A DNA stretch of 40,776 nt from a virus (taxonomy: Duplodnaviria > Caudoviricetes), in the IMG/VR virus record IMGVR_UViG_3300037755_000375, positions 1 to 40,776 of that record; one strand, given 5' to 3'. The translations under genes were made by a program, and so were the position numbers. Below are positions 9,708 to 18,679 of this stretch, piece by piece. A model generated the notes under the pieces. That model was not told where the DNA came from. It ran no database searches and worked only from the letters and a program-made list of their open reading frames with translations. The first letter of the stretch is position 1, and every line of letters begins with the position of its first letter.

Positions 9708-10969
9708 TGGCGTTCGTGGACCACATGGGTACGAACCGAAAGGCCATCACGAAGGCCGCGGTGCAGTACCAGACCGACAACGACGCTTCCGGCGGCACGC
9801 AGGACGACGTGGAGGCCATTGCATCGAGCGTGGCAGACGACACAGGCGGGCGTCTGTCGTCGGCGACGCTGACCACAGGAAGGCCATCGGCGGCATTCAG
9901 CGCGCTGGCGCAGCCGCTGGAGTATCTGCGTCAGGTCTCGGCGATCTCGATCGACCAGGCGGCGCAAAGCCTCAACCGGAACGACGCGCAGCCAGGCGGC
10001 GACATCGTTTCGCAGTTGGTCGCCATCCGCGAATACATGATCGCGAACTCGATCGAGTTCGAATCGCGTGCCGTTACTCACGGTGCCCCGGCGGCGGGCG
10101 GGTCAAACACCGGAACCGGCGTGCTCATCACGCACACCGACGACGACTACGGGTTTGAGCTTGAGGCGATCACTGACGAGGTGCTGACGTTCACCTGCGT
10201 TCGCGACGCCAGCACGGGGGCGACTGCTGGCTCCGAGGTCTTCACCGTCCGCGGGGAGTTGCCACCGCGCACGCTGCTTGAGCGCGGCGGCTCGCAGTCT
10301 GGCGGAGAGACGATCACCGCGCACTGCGCGGACAACAACCAATTCATCGTCAACGCCGGATTCAACGAGGCGTTCAGTGGGTCGGGCGCAGACAAGATCT
10401 CCGGGTGGACGATCACCGGGACAGCCGGTGACATCAGCCGCGAGACATCGACGGTGTTCCGCGGCGACTCGTGCTTGGCGTTCACCGACGACGTTGCGGT
10501 GACGCAGGACATGTCGGGACTTCCCGATGATAGGCCGGTCCTGTTCTCGCACCGCTACAGCCGCAACAGCACGAGCGTTACCGGCACGATGACGTTGGCC
10601 GCTGGGTCGCTCTCGTCAGCTGTCACGCTGTCACCAGCGCACGCGTCGAACTGGCTTCACAACTACGTCGTCGGCTGGCCGCGTGAGTGGTCTGGCGCGA
10701 TTGCGTTCAGCATCACACTCGCCAGCGGTGCGTCATTCGGGACGGGCCTGCTGATCGACGAATGCGTGATCGCGCCTGGGGTCAAGATCGGAGGCCGCTG
10801 GCACTTCATCATCGTGGGTCAGACTGACTTTGTTCTCGATGACGTGTTCACGCAGGACTCGACGATCCAGGCGACCGGGACGAACAAGGATCGCCTGCAC
10901 CGCTTCCACGGAGACGATGTCGAGTTCCCGCACGACTCCACGGCGACGACGAACTACGAGGACCCGTAA
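9707..10969 (+). CDS. Virion structural protein with CBM-like beta-sandwich domain
   Basis: Thr/Gly-rich; NQFIVNAGFNE...SGWT resembles the start of a CBM4/9-type domain; TAATG coupling. Confidence 0.55.
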   Translation: MAFVDHMGTNRKAITKAAVQYQTDNDASGGTQDDVEAIASSVADDTGGRLSSATLTTGRPSAAFSALAQPLEYLRQVSAISIDQAAQSLNRNDAQPGGDIVSQLVAIREYMIANSIEFESRAVTHGAPAAGGSNTGTGVLITHTDDDYGFELEAITDEVLTFTCVRDASTGATAGSEVFTVRGELPPRTLLERGGSQSGGETITAHCADNNQFIVNAGFNEAFSGSGADKISGWTITGTAGDISRETSTVFRGDSCLAFTDDVAVTQDMSGLPDDRPVLFSHRYSRNSTSVTGTMTLAAGSLSSAVTLSPAHASNWLHNYVVGWPREWSGAIAFSITLASGASFGTGLLIDECVIAPGVKIGGRWHFIIVGQTDFVLDDVFTQDSTIQATGTNKDRLHRFHGDDVEFPHDSTATTNYEDP

Positions 10970-10971
10970 CG

Positions 10972-12036
10972 ATGACCGACACACTCCGTAGCCGTTTCGG
11001 GCAGCGTCGCACTGCGCTCAATCGCGGGCTCGGCCGCGGCGTGCCTGATCGCACGCCGGAAGAGGCGGCGGAGGTCCGCCGGGCTGACCTCACCGAGCGT
11101 ATCGTCGCGGCGCACGCCGACGGGCACTACGCGCTGGTGGTTGAGATCGCGGACCAACTCTACGCGATCCCGCGCGCGTCAGGGCTCGGGCGCGAGGCGT
11201 CGGACCTCGACACACTGGCGGCGACGCTGGATCGTGAGGCTGCGGACATGGACGCGCAGTCTGTGGCCGCTGGCGAGTCCGCGCAGGCGCACGCGAAGGA
11301 CCGGTCGCAACTGGTGGCGATGGTCTCGGACGGATCGTCTGGCGACCGCGAGCGGGCGATTGCCGAGATCGACGCGGAAGCGGCAGCCGAGCGCCGCGAG
11401 CTCGAAGAGCAGATCACCAACACAACGAAGGCCGACAGCCCGGACGCGGTGGCGGCGCTCCGTCAGCAGTTGCGCGACCTTGTAGAGACGCAGAAGATCG
11501 AGATCGCCCGCAAGCGCGGCGAGGCCGAACGCGCGATCGAAGAGCGGGCGCAGGCGGCTATTGCGGCGTTCAACGCGAAGGCGGACGCGCTCGCCGCTGA
11601 TGCTTCCGCGTTGGCGGAACGGGCTACTGAGGCGCGCCGAGCTGCCGCCGGTCACAGGAAGCGCGCAGGCCAGATTCGTGCCCGCGTTCCGGCTGTACAA
11701 GATGTCTCCGCACTCGTCAGCGATGCGATTCGCCGGATCGAGCGGGCCGACGACCTCCTGAGCGGAGAAGCCACGGCATCTGGGGCGCTGGAGGCCATCG
11801 GGATGATGCCGAACTGCCGCAAGACGCGCGCCCGCGCGGCCGATGTCTTCGCAGGCGGACTCGTCTTCGAACTCAAGCAGGCAACCACGCCCGCAGAGTG
11901 CGCCACCGTCGAACGGCTCGCGCGAGAACTCATCAAGACCACCAGCGCATCCAGCCGCGAAGGGTCGCCATTGCACCGCGTCTGGACCGAGGCGCGACGC
12001 CTCCGCATCGCGATGGAAGCGCGGGACACGCTCTAA
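10972..12036 (+). CDS. Ala/Arg/Glu-rich coiled-coil protein
   Basis: 354 aa; heptad-like helical sequence; within the morphogenesis operon. Confidence 0.7.
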   Translation: MTDTLRSRFGQRRTALNRGLGRGVPDRTPEEAAEVRRADLTERIVAAHADGHYALVVEIADQLYAIPRASGLGREASDLDTLAATLDREAADMDAQSVAAGESAQAHAKDRSQLVAMVSDGSSGDRERAIAEIDAEAAAERRELEEQITNTTKADSPDAVAALRQQLRDLVETQKIEIARKRGEAERAIEERAQAAIAAFNAKADALAADASALAERATEARRAAAGHRKRAGQIRARVPAVQDVSALVSDAIRRIERADDLLSGEATASGALEAIGMMPNCRKTRARAADVFAGGLVFELKQATTPAECATVERLARELIKTTSASSREGSPLHRVWTEARRLRIAMEARDTL

Positions 12037-12476
12037 TGCGGATTGACCCCGACAAGATTCTGGAGGCGATGGCGCTGGCTATGAAGGCCACTGGGCCGCG
12101 CAAGACCGCGGCGACTCGCGCGGCTGCGCTGCACGTCTCGCTGATCCAGCAAGGGTTCGCCAAGTCGGGCGTGAATCCGATCACCGCTGCGCCCGGCGCG
12201 TGGCCTCCGCTCAAGTCGGGCCGTCCGTCGCGCCTCCAGAAGACGGGGCGGCTGATCGGCTCGATCAACTTCCGCGCGGAGCCGGGGGCGTACGAGGCTG
12301 GGCCGGAGCCTCTTCCGTACGCCCCGTGGCACCAGTTTGGGACAGACAAGATCCCGGCGCGGCCATACATCGTCTACCCGGCTCCGTGGGCCAAGATGAT
12401 CGCCGACACCTACGCGGAAGAGCTCGTTCGGGAGTCGGTGCGCATGATCGGCCGCGCGCTCGATACTCCGGGGTAA
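12036..12476 (+). CDS. Virion morphogenesis/tail completion protein (Mu gpG-like)
   Basis: WPPLKS...LQKTGRLIGSI...YAPWHQFGTDKIPARPY; ATG at 12036 (TAATG coupling). Confidence 0.88.
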   Translation: MRIDPDKILEAMALAMKATGPRKTAATRAAALHVSLIQQGFAKSGVNPITAAPGAWPPLKSGRPSRLQKTGRLIGSINFRAEPGAYEAGPEPLPYAPWHQFGTDKIPARPYIVYPAPWAKMIADTYAEELVRESVRMIGRALDTPG

Positions 12477-12479
12477 CCC

Positions 12480-12998
12480 ATGTCGCTGGACGCCACGCTC
12501 ATCAAGGTCAACGCCGGGTCGGTCCTGTTCGACACGGGCGACTCCAACACGCGAATCGGCTTCCGCATTGGCGAAGCCAGACTGTCGTACCGCGAGCGCA
12601 TGGAGGTCGTGCCAGCAGAGGAGTTCGGCGAGTTCCCGCTGGACGCGATCCTGTTGGGCGGGCCGGTTATCCTGACCATGTCCGCGATTCAATGGGACGC
12701 CGAGACGCGGCTGGCCATCGGCAAGCAGTACATCAGCGGTAGCAAGCTACAGTTCGGCACCGGCAATATCGGGCGGCTGATGACGTCGATCTCCGGCGGG
12801 ACGCTGACATACACCCCGGACAACGTCGGCGACCTCAAGATCACCAGCGCCACTTCCCGCGCGATCCCGTTCCGCGAGGGACAATTGGATATGGGATTCG
12901 GGTACAAGAAGTGGACCGAGTTCGCTCTAACGTGGCTGCTGCTTCCTCCGGCTGCTGGCGGCGTCGCCTGCACGCTGGAAGAGCTGGCGTCCCCGTAA
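12480..12998 (+). CDS. Putative tail tube protein
   Basis: 172 aa beta-rich; N-terminal IKVNAGSVLF and EFGEFPLDAILLG resemble tube proteins; position. Confidence 0.5.
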   Translation: MSLDATLIKVNAGSVLFDTGDSNTRIGFRIGEARLSYRERMEVVPAEEFGEFPLDAILLGGPVILTMSAIQWDAETRLAIGKQYISGSKLQFGTGNIGRLMTSISGGTLTYTPDNVGDLKITSATSRAIPFREGQLDMGFGYKKWTEFALTWLLLPPAAGGVACTLEELASP

Positions 12999-13017
12999 CC
13001 TCACCTGAGACACCGCC

Positions 13018-13692
13018 ATGTCGAAGAAGTCGAAGAATCGCCCGAAGGGTCCCCAGCAGTCCGCACAGAACCGCGCGCAGAACGCGTCACGGAGCGCGGC
13101 GGAACGCGCTTACACCGACCGCCTGCGCTTCCGCGGACTGCGCTGGGGTATGCGGATCGCGTCGGAGGTCCAGCCGCCAGAGGGATCACCGGAGGGCACC
13201 GCTCCGAGGCTTCACCAAGAGCCGATGTCGGCAGAGACGCTTGACCAGTTCGCAGCGTTCGTCCACGACTTCGAGATCAAGCGCCGGATCGACGCGGCGC
13301 GGTCGCCAAACGATCCGCTTCCGACACCGACCGATGATGAGGTGAAGGCGGCGAAGAGCCGAGAGGTGGAGGCTGGCGAGTACAACAAGGCGCTCAACCA
13401 GGTGCGCGAGCGCGCTCGGTCGATGGTCGAAGCCGGATGCGTGGTCTTCACGCCAGAGCAGTGGGCGTGGCTCTCGCAATTCGAGCGTGATGCGATCTCC
13501 GAGGCACGCATGGCGCAGCGCCTCGGCGAGCAGGCGATGGCGGCGAAGATCGCAGGGAACGACATCATGGCGGCGGCGCTGATGAAGGCGGCGGCGGCGG
13601 GCGACCCCGACCGGATGCGCGAGGCCGGGACGCTTCAGATGGAGTTGGAGGCACACGCGTTCGCCGATCAGCTCATGGCACAAACGGGGTAA
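13018..13692 (+). CDS. Hypothetical protein (tail assembly chaperone position)
   Basis: 224 aa after the putative tube gene. Confidence 0.5.
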   Translation: MSKKSKNRPKGPQQSAQNRAQNASRSAAERAYTDRLRFRGLRWGMRIASEVQPPEGSPEGTAPRLHQEPMSAETLDQFAAFVHDFEIKRRIDAARSPNDPLPTPTDDEVKAAKSREVEAGEYNKALNQVRERARSMVEAGCVVFTPEQWAWLSQFERDAISEARMAQRLGEQAMAAKIAGNDIMAAALMKAAAAGDPDRMREAGTLQMELEAHAFADQLMAQTG

Positions 13693-13698
13693 CCGGCG

Positions 13699-14451
13699 AT
13701 GCTGTCCGAGGTCGATGTCCTAACCGGGGTCAAGGCGAAGCTCCTGGCGCTCTACTGGACGCCTCGCATTCGCACGGTCACGGTTGGGAGCGCGACCGAG
13801 GGACACACATTCGCCATCAAGATCGGTACAGCGATGGTGCTGGTTACCGCAGGGGCGGGCGAGACCACGTCCACGATCGCGGCGAAGCTCCTGACGGCGA
13901 TTCAGGACGCTGGCGACATGGCGTGGCGCCGCATCAGGCTTGGCGGCGCCACGCGCTCGGACAACGTCCTGACGCTTACCGGCTACGGGCTAGATTTCAC
14001 GCTGACGACGGCAGGGACGGGAACGCTCACGCTTGCCAGCACGCAGGACCCGGAAGACGCGATCTTCCGGTTCTCTGCGGTAGTCCCAGCGTCTCAGGTG
14101 CGCGACATCGCGCGCAGCGTGAAGAACTATCCCGGCGCGCTGGTGTCGGACGGCGGGAACCAGACCGAGGACGTTCAGGGCGGGTTGCCGTTCGCCGGGG
14201 AGACGACGGTGTTTGTCACCGCCGTCCACACGGCACCGCTGGATGAGTTCCGGGAGAACGACCTGATCGCCACGCGTGGGCTGATGCAGATTTGCGACCG
14301 CATCCGGGCCGCGTTCTGGTACGGGCGAGAGGCTGACGGTACGGAGTTCTGGTTCAACTCGGACGGCGCGGAGGTCGCGTTGGATTCCGAGGACGGCAAC
14401 ACGGCGATCGTGCGTCAGATGCGGTTCACTGTCCGTCACGTGATGGTGTAA
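13699..14451 (+). CDS. Putative tail terminator-like protein with inserted beta domain
   Basis: N-terminal helix, YPGALV, C-terminal 'ICDRIRAAF...QMRFTV'; Thr/Gly-rich insert. Confidence 0.45.
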   Translation: MLSEVDVLTGVKAKLLALYWTPRIRTVTVGSATEGHTFAIKIGTAMVLVTAGAGETTSTIAAKLLTAIQDAGDMAWRRIRLGGATRSDNVLTLTGYGLDFTLTTAGTGTLTLASTQDPEDAIFRFSAVVPASQVRDIARSVKNYPGALVSDGGNQTEDVQGGLPFAGETTVFVTAVHTAPLDEFRENDLIATRGLMQICDRIRAAFWYGREADGTEFWFNSDGAEVALDSEDGNTAIVRQMRFTVRHVMV

Positions 14452-14455
14452 ACCG

Positions 14456-15169
14456 ATGGCAGGCGAACAGACGGTCAAGATCAGGGTCGTACTCGATGAC
14501 GGCGAGGCCGCGCAGGGCTTCGACCGCGTCGCGCGGCGCGGAGCGGCCGCCGGTGCCGCTGGCGGCGGCGGCGCGAGTACGAGCCAGATAGCGACCGGGA
14601 CGTTCCTCGGTCAGGTGATGCAGCAGATTCAGGGCTCGACGATCTCTGGCGCGCAGACGTTCGCCAATCCAATGACCTCGTCGATTGAGCGTGCGCAGGC
14701 ACTGCGCAAACTGACATTCACGGCTGGTGGCGCCGCAGCGGGCGCGCTGGTCGGAGAGGGCGCTGCCGGGGCGATGCTCGGTAGCGCGGCGGCCGACGTT
14801 CTATCGGCAGCGGAGGCCCCGGAGGTCGCGCGCCAGCAGCGCATCGGGTCGCGCGTACAGGGCGTCGTCGGACAACTGGCGCAGTTCGGCGTCGCGATGA
14901 GCGACGAGGAACTGTCGGGCATGGTGTCGGAGATCGCCAAGCGCGAGACGTTCGTGAAAGACCAGAGCGTCCGAGCGCAGCAGGAAATCAACCGTCAGAC
15001 GGCTGGATCAAGCGGCGCGTTCGGTGACCCAGCGCAGGCCATTTCCGACCTCCTAAGCGGCGACGCGTCGAAGGTCAAGTCTCGGATCGCCGGGCAGAAC
15101 AGCGACAAGGGCCAGTTTGCGAGCGCCGACGCAGCGAACTCCATGATCCAGTCGGCTGGGGGGCCGTAG
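14456..15169 (+). CDS. Short tape-measure-like protein (237 aa)
   Basis: N-terminus MAGEQTVKIRVVLDDGEAAQGFDRVAR is TMP-like; Ala/Gly-rich hydrophobic segments. Confidence 0.5.
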   Translation: MAGEQTVKIRVVLDDGEAAQGFDRVARRGAAAGAAGGGGASTSQIATGTFLGQVMQQIQGSTISGAQTFANPMTSSIERAQALRKLTFTAGGAAAGALVGEGAAGAMLGSAAADVLSAAEAPEVARQQRIGSRVQGVVGQLAQFGVAMSDEELSGMVSEIAKRETFVKDQSVRAQQEINRQTAGSSGAFGDPAQAISDLLSGDASKVKSRIAGQNSDKGQFASADAANSMIQSAGGP

Positions 15170-15172
15170 CCA

Positions 15173-16648
15173 ATGGCCTTCACGTTCACGTTCGGTGGCA
15201 CGTCCTACACGATGGCCGGGAAGCACTCTGTCCGCGAAGAGGACGGGGTCGCCACGGTCACGTGCCCGTTCCTCATCACGGCAACCAGCGAGGCGTCGTA
15301 CATCACCGCCGTCCAGGCCGCGTACGCAGCGCTGGGGAAGAACAACCAGGCTCTCGTCGTGTCACAGGGAGGAACGGCAATCCTGACCGTGACGCACTCG
15401 ACGGCGACCGGCGGATTCCTCACGCGCGGGTCCGTCACGAAGGGCGGCAGCCGGTTCGACACTGCGCTCTCCGGCCTATACGTGTTCGAGTGCGCGTTCG
15501 AGATGGCCCCGAGCGTTACGGCGCGCGCCGGACGCAGGGCCGCGACGATCGGGATCGAGACCGGCCCGGACTTTCTTCGCTCTGTGACGTTCGCCGGAAC
15601 GTGGACAGCGACAGCCGCCACGACCGGCAAGGGCGACTTCGATACCAACCTCGCCGCGTGGTTGGAGACGTGGCTCGACGCGGACAACTCCGGCGGCGGG
15701 TCACCGATACTCACGACGACGGGCCGTTGGCAGCGCCTAGCGCACCAGATCGAACCCGAAGACGAGAATCGCCGCCTGTCGTTCCGCGTTACATACCGTG
15801 AGGTCCGATTCACGTCCGCGCCGACGCCGTCCGAGGGACTGAGCGCCGGAATCTTTGTCACCGGGTCGTGGGAGCGGGTCTATCTCGACAAGATCGCTGG
15901 GCTACCGGACACGGCGCTACCGGCCAGCATGAACACCGGCCCGAAGCCGACAGGTGGCGGGTCGTACGTTCCTGGAGGGGCTGGCGGCACAACCGTCGGC
16001 CCGTCGCGCGTGCGCGTGAAGTGCAAGGCGTTCGTCCTCAACACGGTGAACGACCCGGACACCAGCGCGCCGTACACGTCGCAGGACTATTGGGACAAGG
16101 TCATGCAGCCGTGGATCAAGGCCACGGCGGCGAGCATGTTCGGTGTCGCGGCAGCGGACATCATCTTTGAACAACGGTCGTTCGGAGTGGAGGACGTGTC
16201 GGAGAAGTCGATCACCGGAACAGCACTCCTACTGTTCAGCACCGACAAGATTCTCGCGCGCGAGGAAGAGGTATCGTTCTCGAACCAGATCAACGAAACG
16301 GACACGGTCATTTACAGCGGCGCGGAGGACGACTACGAGCACACGAAGATCAGCCGCCGCCTGATGATGACGCACACGGTGACGGTCGTTCAGCTAGATA
16401 CCGCACCGGCGACGCCGTCCCTCAATCTGCTCTCCGGGTGGCGGTTGCGCATGGAGACAGAGAACCGCCGCGTAGAAGTCCTGGACCCGCAGGGTGCGCG
16501 CCGCAACGCGTTCGTCCACAGCTTCGCGCGCACCTACATTCGCAGCGTGCCGCGCTCGCCAGGCGTCAAGGCTCCGCAGCCGCTTGGCGTGCCATCGGGA
16601 TCAAAGGTCTCAGACGACGCAGCGGCGTTCAAAGCGCGAAGGGCGTAG
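15173..16648 (+). CDS. Tail/baseplate structural protein
   Basis: 491 aa beta-rich; follows TMP-like gene. Confidence 0.55.
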   Translation: MAFTFTFGGTSYTMAGKHSVREEDGVATVTCPFLITATSEASYITAVQAAYAALGKNNQALVVSQGGTAILTVTHSTATGGFLTRGSVTKGGSRFDTALSGLYVFECAFEMAPSVTARAGRRAATIGIETGPDFLRSVTFAGTWTATAATTGKGDFDTNLAAWLETWLDADNSGGGSPILTTTGRWQRLAHQIEPEDENRRLSFRVTYREVRFTSAPTPSEGLSAGIFVTGSWERVYLDKIAGLPDTALPASMNTGPKPTGGGSYVPGGAGGTTVGPSRVRVKCKAFVLNTVNDPDTSAPYTSQDYWDKVMQPWIKATAASMFGVAAADIIFEQRSFGVEDVSEKSITGTALLLFSTDKILAREEEVSFSNQINETDTVIYSGAEDDYEHTKISRRLMMTHTVTVVQLDTAPATPSLNLLSGWRLRMETENRRVEVLDPQGARRNAFVHSFARTYIRSVPRSPGVKAPQPLGVPSGSKVSDDAAAFKARRA

Positions 16649-16651
16649 CCG

Positions 16652-18679
16652 ATGAGCAGCGCCGCGACACCTATTCGGCTGCTGGCAGTGGCGCGCGGGG
16701 CGGCGTCCACCGCCGTCGTTTCCGCAGCATCACCGTGGACAGCGTTCAGCGGTGCCGGGGCCGTCGCGCTGCGTCCCGTGCTTCCTCCGATCACGTCCGA
16801 GGCGTCGTTAGACCTGAGCGGAGCAGACGACGTGATTTGGGACAAGGTCCCCGGCGTCACGCCGTTCGTGTCGGAGATCACGTCGGCCAGGTGGCGCGTT
16901 GAGGACTTCTCGGACGCGTTCGCAGGCCGCGAGGTCGCGTTGGACTTCGCCGGTCGCACGTTCCGTCGCTTGCGGCTTCTGCGTGTGTTCCAGCCGTCGC
17001 CTATCAACTGCACGCTGCGTATCGCCGATCGTCGTGTGGACTGGCGGCAAGAGAAACTGTACTGCCGTGCCAACATGCGGCGCCGGGTCGCCGAGCGGAC
17101 TGCTATCGCCGATCTGCGCAGCGTGGAGGGAAACCGCTACCGCGATTGGTCGTTGAAGGGTGCGGACGGCGGAGAGAAAGATGTCTGGACAGCGAAGGAA
17201 CTGCTGCTGCATCTGCTGGTTGTGACCGCTCGGCAGGCGGACCACCTCGTTGCGACGGCGACGCCAGCGGCGGCCGGAGTGGACCTATCGAACGCGGGCA
17301 GTCTGCGGGACAACGGGCAAGTCCCGTCTAACTTCGAGACGTGGGGCGATCCGGCGCCGGATGTTCTGGCGCGCCTGTGCCGTTTCGCGGAACTCCAGAT
17401 CGGCATCAGAGACGACGGGACGATCTACGTCTACGACCCGTACGACAGCGCGCCGGTTGCGTTCCCTGACTCGATCGCGGGCGGCGCAATGCGCAAGGTG
17501 TCCAACGCTCGGATGCGACCAAAGAAGATCACCGTGACGTTCGCCGTCGAACGTGAGCGCAAGTACACCTATTCACGGACCAACACCGACCCGCACAAAA
17601 TAGTCAACGTGCTTCCGTTGCCGCACGACACGACGATCAGTGGCAAGGTGGTCCCGATGGGGAGCATCGTCCGCATGTCGGACGCGTTGACAGCGTGGGG
17701 GATTGCGGAAGACGACGTGCGACTTGCGTGCCCAGGCGGCGTGATGATTCTGGCGGTGAAGTACGGGCGGCGAGGTGATCAGATCGACCCGGTCGTCCTG
17801 TCCCGCGCTCAGGTGTTGGTCTCGCACTACCTCCAGACGTGGCAGATCGACGCAGCGTCGCTGACGGACATCCTGAGTTGGTCACCAACGACGGTGGAGG
17901 TTGTCGATCCGACGACCGGCGCCCGTCGCCCGTCGCCCGTGTTCACGATTTGGTTCGACCTGTTCACCGTCTACTCGGCGTGGTTGCTTCCGCAGCGCGG
18001 CAAGTTCGGCGAGGACGGCAACTCATTCACCACATCTCCAGCCGTCGCCGGGCCGTTCCAGGCGGTTCCGTTCGGGCATCCTGACCTCGGTGTGTTTCGA
18101 GTCGAATCGCTCGCGCTCGTGGACGGAATCGTTGAACGGCGTTGGCCGTTTGGCTTTGAGCGGACCCCGTCGAACTTCCGCACGGCAGACAATCCAACGT
18201 CGATCCTCGGCCAATGCGCGGCGAGCCCGAATCATCGACTGGAGGTCGTGATTACCGTCGAGACGGGCAAGCCGAACGGCAAGAGCGGCGTGCATCACGA
18301 GGTCCGCGACTTCACCGAGCATGGCGGCGTGGTCGAAGAACTCACGATTCACCACCCTTACGAGACGGCCAAGTTCGCTGTGAATGGGTCGATGGTGAAC
18401 GCCGGGCTGATCGCAGCGATTGCTGACGCGGAGTCGATTGCGGTGATGACATCGTACCTGGACCGTCCGCAGGGCATTCTCACCGTCGTTCATCGACCAT
18501 CGGACGCGTGGGAACTCAACTCCCACTGCAAGGGCATCCGATTCCAACGTAGCGAGAGCGCGGGCGATTCGGTCACACTGGACTATGGCGAGACGCCTCC
18601 AAAGCCAGACTTCATGAGGTACATGACGCAGACGCACCGGGCATTTCTCCAGCGCCTCACGCGATCGGACGCGAACTAA
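16652..18679 (+). CDS. Tail/baseplate hub-like protein
   Basis: 675 aa; 'VLARLCRFAELQIGIRDDGTIYV' is a hub-protein-like segment. Confidence 0.55.
   Translation: MSSAATPIRLLAVARGAASTAVVSAASPWTAFSGAGAVALRPVLPPITSEASLDLSGADDVIWDKVPGVTPFVSEITSARWRVEDFSDAFAGREVALDFAGRTFRRLRLLRVFQPSPINCTLRIADRRVDWRQEKLYCRANMRRRVAERTAIADLRSVEGNRYRDWSLKGADGGEKDVWTAKELLLHLLVVTARQADHLVATATPAAAGVDLSNAGSLRDNGQVPSNFETWGDPAPDVLARLCRFAELQIGIRDDGTIYVYDPYDSAPVAFPDSIAGGAMRKVSNARMRPKKITVTFAVERERKYTYSRTNTDPHKIVNVLPLPHDTTISGKVVPMGSIVRMSDALTAWGIAEDDVRLACPGGVMILAVKYGRRGDQIDPVVLSRAQVLVSHYLQTWQIDAASLTDILSWSPTTVEVVDPTTGARRPSPVFTIWFDLFTVYSAWLLPQRGKFGEDGNSFTTSPAVAGPFQAVPFGHPDLGVFRVESLALVDGIVERRWPFGFERTPSNFRTADNPTSILGQCAASPNHRLEVVITVETGKPNGKSGVHHEVRDFTEHGGVVEELTIHHPYETAKFAVNGSMVNAGLIAAIADAESIAVMTSYLDRPQGILTVVHRPSDAWELNSHCKGIRFQRSESAGDSVTLDYGETPPKPDFMRYMTQTHRAFLQRLTRSDAN

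Noticed and set aside
2031-12476. Transposable Mu-like phage
   Set aside because: No MuA/MuB or host-DNA ends; tyrosine integrase, attP and an initiator-type origin are present instead
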